Translations under genes and position numbers: made by a program
NCBI GenBank assembly: GCA_039028495.1
Contig: JBCCHY010000002.1
Coordinates: 1 to 50,682 of the forward strand
DNA: 50,682 nt
Reading direction: 5' to 3'
Origin: Patescibacteria group bacterium
GTDB lineage: Bacteria; Patescibacteriota; Saccharimonadia; Saccharimonadales; VXPC01
Shown here: piece by piece, positions 27,199 through 34,902 of the stretch
Numbering within the stretch: position 1 is the stretch's first letter
How the letters are laid out: each line of letters begins with the position of its first letter
The notes under the pieces: generated by a model
Databases searched by the model: none
Told to the model about the DNA's origin: nothing
The model's input: only the letters and a program-made list of their open reading frames with translations

Positions 27199-28503
27199 TT
27201 AAGTAGTAAGAAGCTGACGTTTGAGTGCCTCGTAGTCGGCAGGTATTTCGGTGACCGATTCAGGCAGGTGCGATACACGTCCAATGAGCTCGGCTGTGTC
27301 GACTACTATATCTGCTCTTTCCATAACACCCGGGAACTTCTCGGGTGCTGCAGTAGATACGATCAGATCATTGTCTGTAGGGTCTCTTTCTGACGCGTGC
27401 CAGGCCACTGCTGTATGTGGATCGAGGACGTACCCATGTTGTTCGTGAACATTTCTGATCGCTGTGATTACGTCGTGGTTGGTAGTTGCCCCGGTGGCCA
27501 CGATTTTCTCGGCCGGTGTATCTTTCCTTTTGTCTCGATTGCCAATGCGCTCATCTATCTCTAGGCCCGATTTTTCGACTGCTCTCAGAAGGCGTGGTAA
27601 GTTGTTGGGGCGTGACACGTCCATAGCGCTTGAGTAGGTTGACATAGAGCCAAAATCCGCTCTGTTTTGAGCAACATGGTTATGGAATGTTGCATTTCGA
27701 TTGTTAGCGACTACCACAGAACTAATCGGTATACCCATAGCTTCAGCCATAACACAAGCCGTCACATTACCCATGTTACCTGTTGGTACAACTATTCTGT
27801 GGGTTTCACCTGTCTGGGCGTGCGCATATGCGTAGTAGATGATTTGAGGTAGCAAGCGGCCGATGTTTATTGAATTCGCGCTCGTGAGGTTTAGCTCCTG
27901 TAATTCAGGGTCATCGAACGCCAGCTTTACCATGTCCTGACAGTCGTCAAACGATCCACTCACCCTATATGTAGTTACGTTAGCGTGGGTATGGGTTAGC
28001 TGCTGCTCCTGGACATCACTTACGCGTCCATTTGGATACAGTACTACCATGTTTGTCCGATCAGCATTACCGAAACCATGAGCCATTGCGCCGCCGGTAT
28101 CACCCGATGTTGCGGTCAAGATCGTGCAGGTATCACCGGAGCTTGTGTAGTGAGCCATAAAGCCTGACAGGTATCTGGCCGCGACGTCTTTAAACGCAGC
28201 TGTTGGACCATGAAATAGCTCGAGCACCTTTTTGTCGCCGACATCGACTATATCTATCGGGAAGTTCGAGGCGTTTTCAACTATTCGGTCTAACTGATCA
28301 TCTGTCATCTCACTATGATCTATAAAGGGCCGTAGTACTAGCTTCGCGACATCATGTAGCGCAGCTCCCTTGATGTTTATGCTGGCAAAGATTTCAGGAA
28401 TTGATTCTGGAACGTATAGTGAGCGGTCTGGAGGGAGCCCCTGTAGTACTGCTTCGCCGAAGCTAACTGTAGTGTCTGGTGTTTGTATGCTGTGATATCT
28501 CAT
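27199..28503 (-). CDS. thrC: Threonine synthase
   Basis: ELFHGPTAAFKDVA contains the PLP lysine context. TATSGDTGGA and the long-form ThrC architecture (434 aa) are also present. Confidence 0.85.
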   Translation of the reverse strand: MRYHSIQTPDTTVSFGEAVLQGLPPDRSLYVPESIPEIFASINIKGAALHDVAKLVLRPFIDHSEMTDDQLDRIVENASNFPIDIVDVGDKKVLELFHGPTAAFKDVAARYLSGFMAHYTSSGDTCTILTATSGDTGGAMAHGFGNADRTNMVVLYPNGRVSDVQEQQLTHTHANVTTYRVSGSFDDCQDMVKLAFDDPELQELNLTSANSINIGRLLPQIIYYAYAHAQTGETHRIVVPTGNMGNVTACVMAEAMGIPISSVVVANNRNATFHNHVAQNRADFGSMSTYSSAMDVSRPNNLPRLLRAVEKSGLEIDERIGNRDKRKDTPAEKIVATGATTNHDVITAIRNVHEQHGYVLDPHTAVAWHASERDPTDNDLIVSTAAPEKFPGVMERADIVVDTAELIGRVSHLPESVTEIPADYEALKRQLLTT

Positions 28504-28577
28504 GGCCCTAGACTATCACGCAGTACTAACATGTCTAAGCATGTCCGTGATCAATAGATTTACAGATCCCTTTGGGG

Positions 28578-28583
28578 TAGAAT
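28578..28583 (+). promoter_or_regulatory. -10 box TAGAAT upstream of the tRNA-like fragment / tRNA-Gln transcription unit
   Basis: In ggTAGAATatttgggcATTCGGAG, the predicted TSS at ~28590 lies just upstream of the 5' tRNA-fragment copy. Confidence 0.35.
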
Positions 28584-28591
28584 ATTTGGGC

Positions 28592-28623
28592 ATTCGGAGA
28601 TCGTCTAATGGTAGGTCCTGGGT
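28592..28623 (+). pseudogene. Truncated 5' copy of tRNA-Gln (acceptor 5' strand, D-arm and anticodon-stem 5' strand only)
   Basis: Positions 28592-28615 are 24/24 identical to 28773-28796 (ATTCGGAGATCGTCTAATGGTAGG). The next 8 nt are similar with one deletion. No matching anticodon 3' strand, T-arm or acceptor 3' strand follows. Confidence 0.7.
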
Positions 28624-28774
28624 GAGATATGCCAGTGGCATATCGCAAGGAGACTTTCTTCATCAAGCTTGCTTGATAGAACGAAATCTCGGGCCCGCGG
28701 GACGTGGGTTGGTCCTTTAGGACCAAAACTTGTATTCTCTCGAGGATTGTCGTGTAAAATAAACCAAATTATAT

Positions 28775-28848
28775 TCGGAGATCGTCTAATGGTAGGACAC
28801 TGGGTTTTGGTCCCAGCAATCTAGGTTCGATCCCTAGTCTCCGAGCCA
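28775..28848 (+). tRNA. tRNA-Gln (anticodon UUG), CCA encoded
   Basis: Hand-folded cloverleaf. The acceptor is TCGGAGA/TCTCCGA (U1-A72, as in bacterial tRNA-Gln). The D-arm is GTCT-AATGGTA-GGAC. The anticodon arm is CTGGG-TTTTGGT-CCCAG. The variable loop is CAAT. The T-arm is CTAGG-TTCGATC-CCTAG. The discriminator is G, followed by CCA. Confidence 0.9.
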
Positions 28849-28888
28849 AATCTAAGAGGCCGACATTCATGTCGGTTCTTTAGATTTT
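28849..28888 (+). terminator. Hairpin plus T-run downstream of tRNA-Gln
   Basis: The core stem is ccgaca/tgtcgg with loop ttca. It extends imperfectly (aatctaagagg/ttctttagatt) and ends in TTTT. Confidence 0.6.
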
Positions 28889-28889
28889 G

Positions 28890-28916
28890 TAGAGACTAAA
28901 GGGATCGAACCCTTGG
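28890..28916 (-). pseudogene. Inverted partial copy of the tRNA-Gln 3' half (T-arm plus acceptor 3' strand)
   Basis: The minus strand reads AAGGGTTCGATCCCTTTAGTCTCTAC, compared with the tRNA's CTAGGTTCGATCCCTAGTCTCCGAG. No D-arm or anticodon arm can be folded upstream of it. Confidence 0.6.
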
Positions 28917-29080
28917 GTCGGAGACTGCCAGTGGCAGTCGACGTTTTCCTTGCTTGACCGACGAGCATTTTTAGTCCAGTGGACTGAAAATGTTGCCGAG
29001 GAGTAATATATGCTTATTCTCTAGTCTCCGGTATAAGCTTACGCTTGTTGTTTGACTGGTTGATGTTACTATTGCCTTGT

Positions 29081-30244
29081 ATGACAAGTAAGCGGAATAC
29101 TGATATATTAACGCTCTTTGAAGAGGATATGAGTTCTGAAGGACGGGTCCAGGCATTTGAACGAGCTGCAGAACAAGCCAGAGACTCCTTGGGTAAGATA
29201 GCAACACCAGAAAGTGTTGAAGCTATCAATGCCAGCTTCAGACTGCGGTTTATATTCAATTCCCACGGAGATGAGGTCCATGCTGCTCAGTCAACAGCCG
29301 AGGCGGCAGGATCTTTTATCACATTCGTTGAGAATGCAAATGACCGGGAGGTTGCAGATAGTGATGCTTTTGCAGGTTCGGTAAAGAGCGCTTTTGACCT
29401 TAGGTTCAATGGTGCTCAACCTTTTAAGCCAGCCTTTGTACCTGGTCAGACAAACATGTGGGCATACTGGAGGGATCGAGGCCTCCTTGGCCACGGGAGT
29501 ATAATCGCTCCTGTGGATATAAGAGCTTACTCCTATAGACTCCTTAATGCGTTGCTGGGTAGTGACTACAACGAGGGGTTCCTTAACAGCAGACTTACAC
29601 CAGAAGCCCTGCGGGGACAGCCACTTGATGAACTAATAGAAGATAGGGCGCTCCATGGGGCGTTAGTCATGCATTCTAACGCAGTGAGAGAGCTGACAAG
29701 TACTAGGCAAATTCTTGGGACTCTATTACAGATCCAAAAAACGGAGGCTGGTGATAACGCATTTAGAGATAATCAATCGGATCATATTAGGGCGTTGGCG
29801 AACGCTGCCAGAGTTGAATCATCAGTCCTGCCAAGTAGCGTTATTTATGGTACGGCTCATCAAGGGATGGTAGATATTTATCAAGAGCTGAACATTCAGC
29901 ATGATGTAGTTTTCCCAGGTGCCAGATACGAACCTCCATTAATAGATCAATTCTTTGGGGCGCATACAAAAGGCCCCAGCGAAACAGAATTACATAGATA
30001 TGCATCTCAGTTAGTGCTGGAGAACATTCTCTGGAATGCTGTTTTTTCAAACCTAGTCTTGGAACATGGCTACATAACCGCTGCACATACTCCTGACTTA
30101 TGGAAGGTTATTAATGGACTTGCTAGCGAAGAGGCTACTCTTGCTGATCTTGAGGCTATACATGCAGACTTCAGGCAGAATCCTGTCTCTGCATTAAGGC
30201 TGATTGAATCTGCAGGTGTAGAGTTCATAAAAGTTGGTGCTTAA
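29081..30244 (+). CDS. Hypothetical protein (~387 aa), no recognised domain
   Basis: It is a long intact ORF. The listed TTG start at 29045 is doubtful: TGtTACTAT (29064-29072) lies 8 nt upstream of ATG 29081. Confidence 0.5.
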   Translation: MTSKRNTDILTLFEEDMSSEGRVQAFERAAEQARDSLGKIATPESVEAINASFRLRFIFNSHGDEVHAAQSTAEAAGSFITFVENANDREVADSDAFAGSVKSAFDLRFNGAQPFKPAFVPGQTNMWAYWRDRGLLGHGSIIAPVDIRAYSYRLLNALLGSDYNEGFLNSRLTPEALRGQPLDELIEDRALHGALVMHSNAVRELTSTRQILGTLLQIQKTEAGDNAFRDNQSDHIRALANAARVESSVLPSSVIYGTAHQGMVDIYQELNIQHDVVFPGARYEPPLIDQFFGAHTKGPSETELHRYASQLVLENILWNAVFSNLVLEHGYITAAHTPDLWKVINGLASEEATLADLEAIHADFRQNPVSALRLIESAGVEFIKVGA

Positions 30245-30271
30245 AGTGCCTATCTGCGGCAGTCTACCTAG

Positions 30272-30277
30272 TATAAT
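30272..30277 (+). promoter_or_regulatory. -10 box TATAAT lying 6 nt upstream of ATG 30284
   Basis: The sequence reads ctagTATAATaaccacATG, with no SD. Confidence 0.45.
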
Positions 30278-30283
30278 AACCAC

Positions 30284-30640
30284 ATGCTCACTAAAGCCGC
30301 ATCTTCCCTACTGTTCCTAGCCACACTGGGTCTTGTCGTTGCTGAAATATTTAGCCCAGGCGTATGCCCAGACTACCCGCTTATTGGTGTACCAGCATGC
30401 TATGTAATGGTTGTACTGTTTGGTCTCATTACATTCTTGGTATTTACAAAGTATAACTACTCGAGACACCTGTTCTACCCAGCGTGGCTTATAGCCTTCA
30501 TCTCTTCACTGTATTTCTCTTACGGAGAGTTAGCCAATATCCAGGACTGTCCACGTGCGTTTGGGATACCAATCCCTCTTTGTTTTCTTGTGCCACCATC
30601 TTTGGCCCTCATCCTTTGGCTAAAGAAGAATCATAAGTAG
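30284..30640 (+). CDS. Small integral membrane protein (4 TM), Cys-containing loops
   Basis: It is 118 aa and hydrophobic, with conserved-looking Cys residues (GVCPDYP, PACY, QDCPRAF, PLCF). Confidence 0.5.
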   Translation: MLTKAASSLLFLATLGLVVAEIFSPGVCPDYPLIGVPACYVMVVLFGLITFLVFTKYNYSRHLFYPAWLIAFISSLYFSYGELANIQDCPRAFGIPIPLCFLVPPSLALILWLKKNHK

Positions 30641-30682
30641 TCTTAAGTACTCCGCTCTTCCCTCTGAGCTAAACGAGGAGCT

Positions 30683-31702
30683 TTAGTAACCACGAAGCTG
30701 TCTTGTGACCTTCTGCATCATATCTGTGTATTCATCGAGGCTCGGATTAGCCTGCAGGGCTCGCAGCTGAAATGCAATCTGAGGGTCTGCCGTATAATCC
30801 CATACCTCTCCCGCTAAGCAGTCCTCTAGGTATAGGTCGTTTGTTGGCGTGCATAAGGCTACAACCCCTTCTTGTCTGACTAGCCATGAGATAGCGAGTC
30901 TGGCTAGATTATGCCCGGATGCTTGACAGTCAAGATCGAGATAGTGCAATCGATCACTTATTAGCTGTCCGATATTTGCAAGCGAGCCTCTTTGTGCATC
31001 AATGCCTCTTAGCTCAGCCCGTATCCTTGAAACTAGTTTGGTAGTTAGTGCTCCTTTGAGCAGTGGGCTATGAGCCATTACCGCGATACCCTCTTCTTGG
31101 GCTAGCTGTATGTCACCCAGGTCCGGGTAAACCAGGTTGTATGCTGGCTGAATCGCAGCTGGCCGCGGGAGATCGTGTCTATCGCAGGTCTCCAAAAATA
31201 GCTCCAGCTGCTCCCCAGTGTAGTTAGACAGGCCATATTCAATAATCTTACCGGCTGCTTTTAGCTCTAGCATCAGCTGTGCGTGATCGACGGATTCAAC
31301 ATTGGGGTCAAATGCGTGCAAGTAGTAAAGATCTATATAACCAACGTCGGAGCCCATTACTTCCAAACTCCTATCAACATGTCTACGCACTCGGTCTGGA
31401 TCTGTATTGTATCGTCTGCCGGACCTATTCCATTCACCCTGTTGCTTAGCTGTCGTGCCTAGACCTGTTTTTGTCGCTATAATGACCTCTTCTCTGGGAA
31501 AGACCCCAAATGATACAGCTCGTCCCAAGTGAAGCTCGGTTCCATAATTATCAGAAGTATCAAAGTGATTGATACCTGCTCCGTACGCCTTAGTAAAAGA
31601 CGTAATCGCATCATGTGTATCCAATTTGTCTGCAAGGTGATACGTGCCGTAGCCAATCACACTCGAAGGAACTTGTATCTCGCCTATTTGTACTGTTCTC
31701 AT
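30683..31702 (-). CDS. Aldo/keto reductase family oxidoreductase
   Basis: Motifs present are GYGTYHL, GINHFDTSDNYG and IATKTG, with the LYYLH (His) and SNY contexts. Confidence 0.8.
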   Translation of the reverse strand: MRTVQIGEIQVPSSVIGYGTYHLADKLDTHDAITSFTKAYGAGINHFDTSDNYGTELHLGRAVSFGVFPREEVIIATKTGLGTTAKQQGEWNRSGRRYNTDPDRVRRHVDRSLEVMGSDVGYIDLYYLHAFDPNVESVDHAQLMLELKAAGKIIEYGLSNYTGEQLELFLETCDRHDLPRPAAIQPAYNLVYPDLGDIQLAQEEGIAVMAHSPLLKGALTTKLVSRIRAELRGIDAQRGSLANIGQLISDRLHYLDLDCQASGHNLARLAISWLVRQEGVVALCTPTNDLYLEDCLAGEVWDYTADPQIAFQLRALQANPSLDEYTDMMQKVTRQLRGY

Positions 31703-31766
31703 TAAGAACACAGTATACGCCTGTCGTCAATAATATGAAAATATTAGTATTAAGATCATGCAGGGG

Positions 31767-31775
31767 TGTTAGAAT
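31767..31775 (+). promoter_or_regulatory. Extended -10 TGtTAGAAT lying 6 nt upstream of ATG 31782
   Basis: The sequence reads TGTTAGAATaagcctATG. Confidence 0.45.
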
Positions 31776-31781
31776 AAGCCT

Positions 31782-32186
31782 ATGAGAAAGTTAAGAAAAG
31801 TTGGCCTACTGTCAATATTTAGTACGCCAATAACATACATTCCGGCCTATGCATTGGTGGCAACACTCGTCGGTGAAGATCGTCTAGAGGGGCCAGAGTC
31901 TTCGCCAGTACTTGGTGGGCTAACGCTACTGCTACCTACTCTTGTCGGAGGCGTTCTCATTGCTATGGATGTCTGGAAGAAGCCTAAGTCAGAAACGGCT
32001 GACCGTATAGCTTCAGGTCTAGGTTTGGGCCTAGGGTTTACCTTTTTCTTGGTCGGGATCGTAAGTCTGTTGGTAGCAGCTAATGCCTCTGATGCTAGTA
32101 TCGGGGCTGGAATTCTGGTCCCACTTGGTCTGGTCATAATTCTCTTCTACGTGTTTAAAAAGTGGGCACTTAGCAAAAATAGCTAA
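31782..32186 (+). CDS. Small integral membrane protein (4 TM)
   Basis: It is 134 aa, with hydrophobic, Gly/Leu-rich helices. Confidence 0.5.
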   Translation: MRKLRKVGLLSIFSTPITYIPAYALVATLVGEDRLEGPESSPVLGGLTLLLPTLVGGVLIAMDVWKKPKSETADRIASGLGLGLGFTFFLVGIVSLLVAANASDASIGAGILVPLGLVIILFYVFKKWALSKNS

Positions 32187-32207
32187 GACCCAACTGTATG
32201 CGGTTCT

Positions 32208-32576
32208 TTACTTTTTGGCAGTACTGTAGTTTCGTAGCATCCAAATTAGTCCTGGCATGTGGCGCATCCAGCCCCAGCAGGCAATTGCTGCAAAGAAGCA
32301 AACAACGAATATAGCCCCAAGTAGAGTTATGCTGCCCCGTTTTGGAATGAATGCAAGGTACAAAAGCACAATGGTTGGCACAATCGTAACCATTATATTT
32401 AGTAGGATGCTCCATAAAATTTCCGCAATTCGTAAAAAACGACCGAAGCTCAAATACTCTTCTGCGCTTGAATGAATCCAGGGGCGGTCAAATACCAACC
32501 TTTCCTCTGGTCTATAGTCTCCACGCCAGAAGCGTGCCGTGTCACTAATTAGGGTTTGCTTAAGTCTATTTAGCAT
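32208..32576 (-). CDS. Small membrane protein translationally coupled to the COG0523 GTPase
   Basis: It is 122 aa with 2-3 TM helices. Its ATG overlaps the upstream TGA (TGATG). Confidence 0.5.
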   Translation of the reverse strand: MLNRLKQTLISDTARFWRGDYRPEERLVFDRPWIHSSAEEYLSFGRFLRIAEILWSILLNIMVTIVPTIVLLYLAFIPKRGSITLLGAIFVVCFFAAIACWGWMRHMPGLIWMLRNYSTAKK

Positions 32577-33592
32577 CAGCGGTATTTAAAGATGTCCATT
32601 AGCGTGTCTTGGTTGATGTCAGTTGGGTTTTTATCGACTAGCTGATCGAGCTGTTTCTGAACGCCGTCTTTTTCTAGATCCAGCCCAATCACTACTATGT
32701 GAGTCCCAGGCGTCTCACCATAATGCCACTCGTCGAGCTTGAGCTGGTAGCGGGTGCCGACTGACTGAAAGATGAACTTTTGCTCGGCACCTTTCATACC
32801 GAAGTATATGATGCCTTTGGCTCTGAATATATTGGTATCGAGAGATCCAGCCCAATCTTCAAATATTTTTGGATTTAGGGGTTCAGTAGGGTTAAATGAT
32901 ATTGATTCGAATTTGTCATGCAGGTGTTGGTGGTCATGATCATGGTGGTCGTGATGGTGCGCATCCCCGAGCTCTAGCTGTGTTGCAGATACTTTTTCTG
33001 GTAGGTCCAGTAGCAAGCGGAAGTCTACTTTGCCCTGTTCTGACTCAATAATACGAGCCTTGTCATTGACCATCGCTATACCGGCTCGTATTTCGTCTAG
33101 CTTTTGTTCGTCTATGAGATCGATTTTGTTGATAATGACGATATCAGATATTTGTAGATCTCCGACTGCTTTGCCGTGGGCTTTATTGTTTTTTTCAAAG
33201 TTTTCGGCATCGACAACTGATACGAGCGTATCGAAGTGAGCGTACTCGTTTTTCATGAGCCGCAGCATGGTGGCTAGCTCGGCTGGCTCGGCGAGGCCTG
33301 AGGCCTCGATAATAATGTAGTCTAGCGTGCTGCCGCGGTGAGCTAGCTTACTGATGGCATCGTCCAATTCGCCTTCGTCCACGCTACAGCAGATACAGCC
33401 ATTACTGAGGTCAAGCTGTTCGTCTGTCTGGGCGCTGACCAGCATGGCGTCGATGTTTATCTCCCCGAAGTCATTGACGATTACACCTACTTTTAGGCCC
33501 TGTTTGTTACTGAGTAAATGGTTCAAGAGTGTCGTCTTGCCTGAACCCAGGAATCCTGTCAGCAGCAGTATAGGTATAGAGTTTGTTCTCAT
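32576..33592 (-). CDS. COG0523 (CobW/YjiA/ZigA-like) G3E-family metallochaperone GTPase with a His-rich insert
   Basis: Motifs present are the P-loop LLTGFLGSGKTTLL, the metal-binding motif GCICCS, EASGLAEP and INKIDL. The His-rich stretch is DAHHHDHHDHDHQHLHD. The start was taken at MRTNS (33592). Confidence 0.85.
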   Translation of the reverse strand: MRTNSIPILLLTGFLGSGKTTLLNHLLSNKQGLKVGVIVNDFGEINIDAMLVSAQTDEQLDLSNGCICCSVDEGELDDAISKLAHRGSTLDYIIIEASGLAEPAELATMLRLMKNEYAHFDTLVSVVDAENFEKNNKAHGKAVGDLQISDIVIINKIDLIDEQKLDEIRAGIAMVNDKARIIESEQGKVDFRLLLDLPEKVSATQLELGDAHHHDHHDHDHQHLHDKFESISFNPTEPLNPKIFEDWAGSLDTNIFRAKGIIYFGMKGAEQKFIFQSVGTRYQLKLDEWHYGETPGTHIVVIGLDLEKDGVQKQLDQLVDKNPTDINQDTLMDIFKYR

Positions 33593-33609
33593 AGAGCCTA
33601 TTATACTAC

Positions 33610-33772
33610 TACCCGAATCCCAAAATATAACCCACCATATAAACCACACGCTGACACATTTCACCAGTTCACCCCCTACAAGGTAGCTTCCGGCTACCTT
33701 GTAGGGATCTCACAGCCAAAGTGTATTCAGCGTGAGGCTGATCTGATAGGGTTCTATTTCATGATTCGGGTA
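33610..33772. repeat. 163-bp nested imperfect palindrome in the divergent intergenic region
   Basis: The outer arms are tacccgaatc (33610-19) and gattcgggta (33763-72). The middle arms are cacgctga (33647-54) and tcagcgtg (33727-34). The inner arms are ccctacaaggtagc (33674-87) and gctaccttgtaggg (33693-706). All three pairs are symmetric about ~33690, with additional partial pairing (aaatataaccc / gggttctattt). Confidence 0.8.
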
Positions 33773-33793
33773 CTATCAGCTTGAGTTCAGATG

Positions 33794-33802
33794 TGCGATA
33801 AT
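33794..33802 (+). promoter_or_regulatory. Extended -10 TGcGATAAT lying 6 nt upstream of ATG 33809
   Basis: The sequence TGCGATAATtacgctATG argues that the permease starts at 33809, not 33791. Confidence 0.4.
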
Positions 33803-33808
33803 TACGCT

Positions 33809-34870
33809 ATGAGTTTACTAAACAAAAAGATGAGTGTGGAATTCGACGTAGCCATGGTTATCCGTACAACCGTGCTGGTCGTAGCTATCTTGCTTATTAT
33901 CAATGTGATTAGTGATCTGGCGTCAACCATTGGATTGGTGATAACAGCAGCCTTTCTGGCAGTTGCAGTAAACCCGGTTGTTAGCAGAATAGCTGGTATG
34001 TTGCCCAGCAAAAGTCGGACCAAAGCGACTGGAGCATCATTTGTGCTAGTGATGCTGTTTTTAATAGGGTTTTTTACCATTACGATTCCGCCGATCGCAT
34101 CACAAGTGAGCGACTTTGCTACAGACCTACCTGCCACGGTGGAAGAGTTCAAAAACCAAGATAACTTCCTAGCCAATGCAGTAGAGCGCTACGAGCTAGA
34201 TGCTGATATATCACAAGCCGCCCGGGACATTGCATCACGAGTCGGCAGTGGTGATGGGGTACTAAACACAGTGAGTGCACTGACCTCCACTGTCTATAGG
34301 GTGGTGGCTGTATTGATCATGACATTCATGATGTTGGTTGAGGGCCCTGGACTGATCAAGAGGTTCTGGGCGCTGACAGATCGTAAAAAACTAGCTAAAC
34401 GAAAACAGCTAGCATCTCAGATTAACGAAGTTATAACAGACTATGTTAACGGGCAGCTGATAATTGCTACTATTGCCGCATCAGTCTCTTTGATCGTGAT
34501 GGTGGTTCTCGGCGTAGAGAACGCTCTGGCTATGGCCGGTATCGTTGGTATGCTGGGGCTTATCCCCCTCATTGGCGCTACATTGGCAGCAGCTATTGTC
34601 GTGCTCTCAACCGTGCTGGTAAGTGTTAAACTAGCTATCGTGATGGCTATTTACTTTATCATCTACCAGCAGATAGAGAACGCCACGATTCAGCCGTATA
34701 TACAGGGCAAGCGCAGCCCACTGTCGGCTCTGATGGTGTTTATATCGGCACTTGTAGGTGCGAATATTGCCGGACTACTCGGTGCGTTCCTGGCGATCCC
34801 ATTTGCTGGCAGCCTAAAAGTTATCTTTGATGACTATATTGAGAGCAACCAGCCAAAATCCAAAGCATAG
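33809..34870 (+). CDS. AI-2E family transporter (PerM/YhhT, UPF0118)
   Basis: It has ~8 TM helices. The central loop has the FWALTDRKK-type segment. The C-terminus reads QQIENATIQPYIQG...LSAL..F..L.G....G..GA.LA.P, as is typical of the family. Confidence 0.7.
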   Translation: MSLLNKKMSVEFDVAMVIRTTVLVVAILLIINVISDLASTIGLVITAAFLAVAVNPVVSRIAGMLPSKSRTKATGASFVLVMLFLIGFFTITIPPIASQVSDFATDLPATVEEFKNQDNFLANAVERYELDADISQAARDIASRVGSGDGVLNTVSALTSTVYRVVAVLIMTFMMLVEGPGLIKRFWALTDRKKLAKRKQLASQINEVITDYVNGQLIIATIAASVSLIVMVVLGVENALAMAGIVGMLGLIPLIGATLAAAIVVLSTVLVSVKLAIVMAIYFIIYQQIENATIQPYIQGKRSPLSALMVFISALVGANIAGLLGAFLAIPFAGSLKVIFDDYIESNQPKSKA

Positions 34871-34887
34871 TCACCTATCTATATTGA

Positions 34888-34896
34888 TGGTATAAT
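34888..34896 (+). promoter_or_regulatory. Extended -10 TGgTATAAT lying 6 nt upstream of ATG 34903
   Basis: The sequence reads TGGTATAATatactaATG, with no SD. Confidence 0.5.
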
Positions 34897-34902
34897 ATAC
34901 TA

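Noticed and set aside
28502-28726. Two ORFs on the track (72 aa on +, 63 aa on -) covering the region upstream of tRNA-Gln
   Set aside because: They lie over a tRNA-derived fragment and hairpin-rich sequence, overlap each other on opposite strands, and have no RBS or promoter logic. I treat this region as non-coding.
28698-28985. Group I intron-like core elements: AGAGACUAAA … UUUAGUCC resembling the R/S (P7) elements, and GCGGGA / GGUCCU resembling the P/Q elements
   Set aside because: The elements would have to flank an intact, CCA-ending tRNA. No convincing P1/IGS pairing exists with the truncated 5' tRNA copy, no split 3' exon is present, and the spacing is wrong. The resemblance is probably coincidental, but cmscan would settle it.
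28890-29040. Possible minus-strand tRNA, suggested by a good T-arm GGGTTCGATCCC and a 7-nt acceptor-like 3' strand
   Set aside because: No D-arm or 5-bp/7-nt anticodon arm can be folded at the required distances. The only matching 5' acceptor strand is ~140 nt away. I call it a tRNA 3'-half remnant, not a gene.
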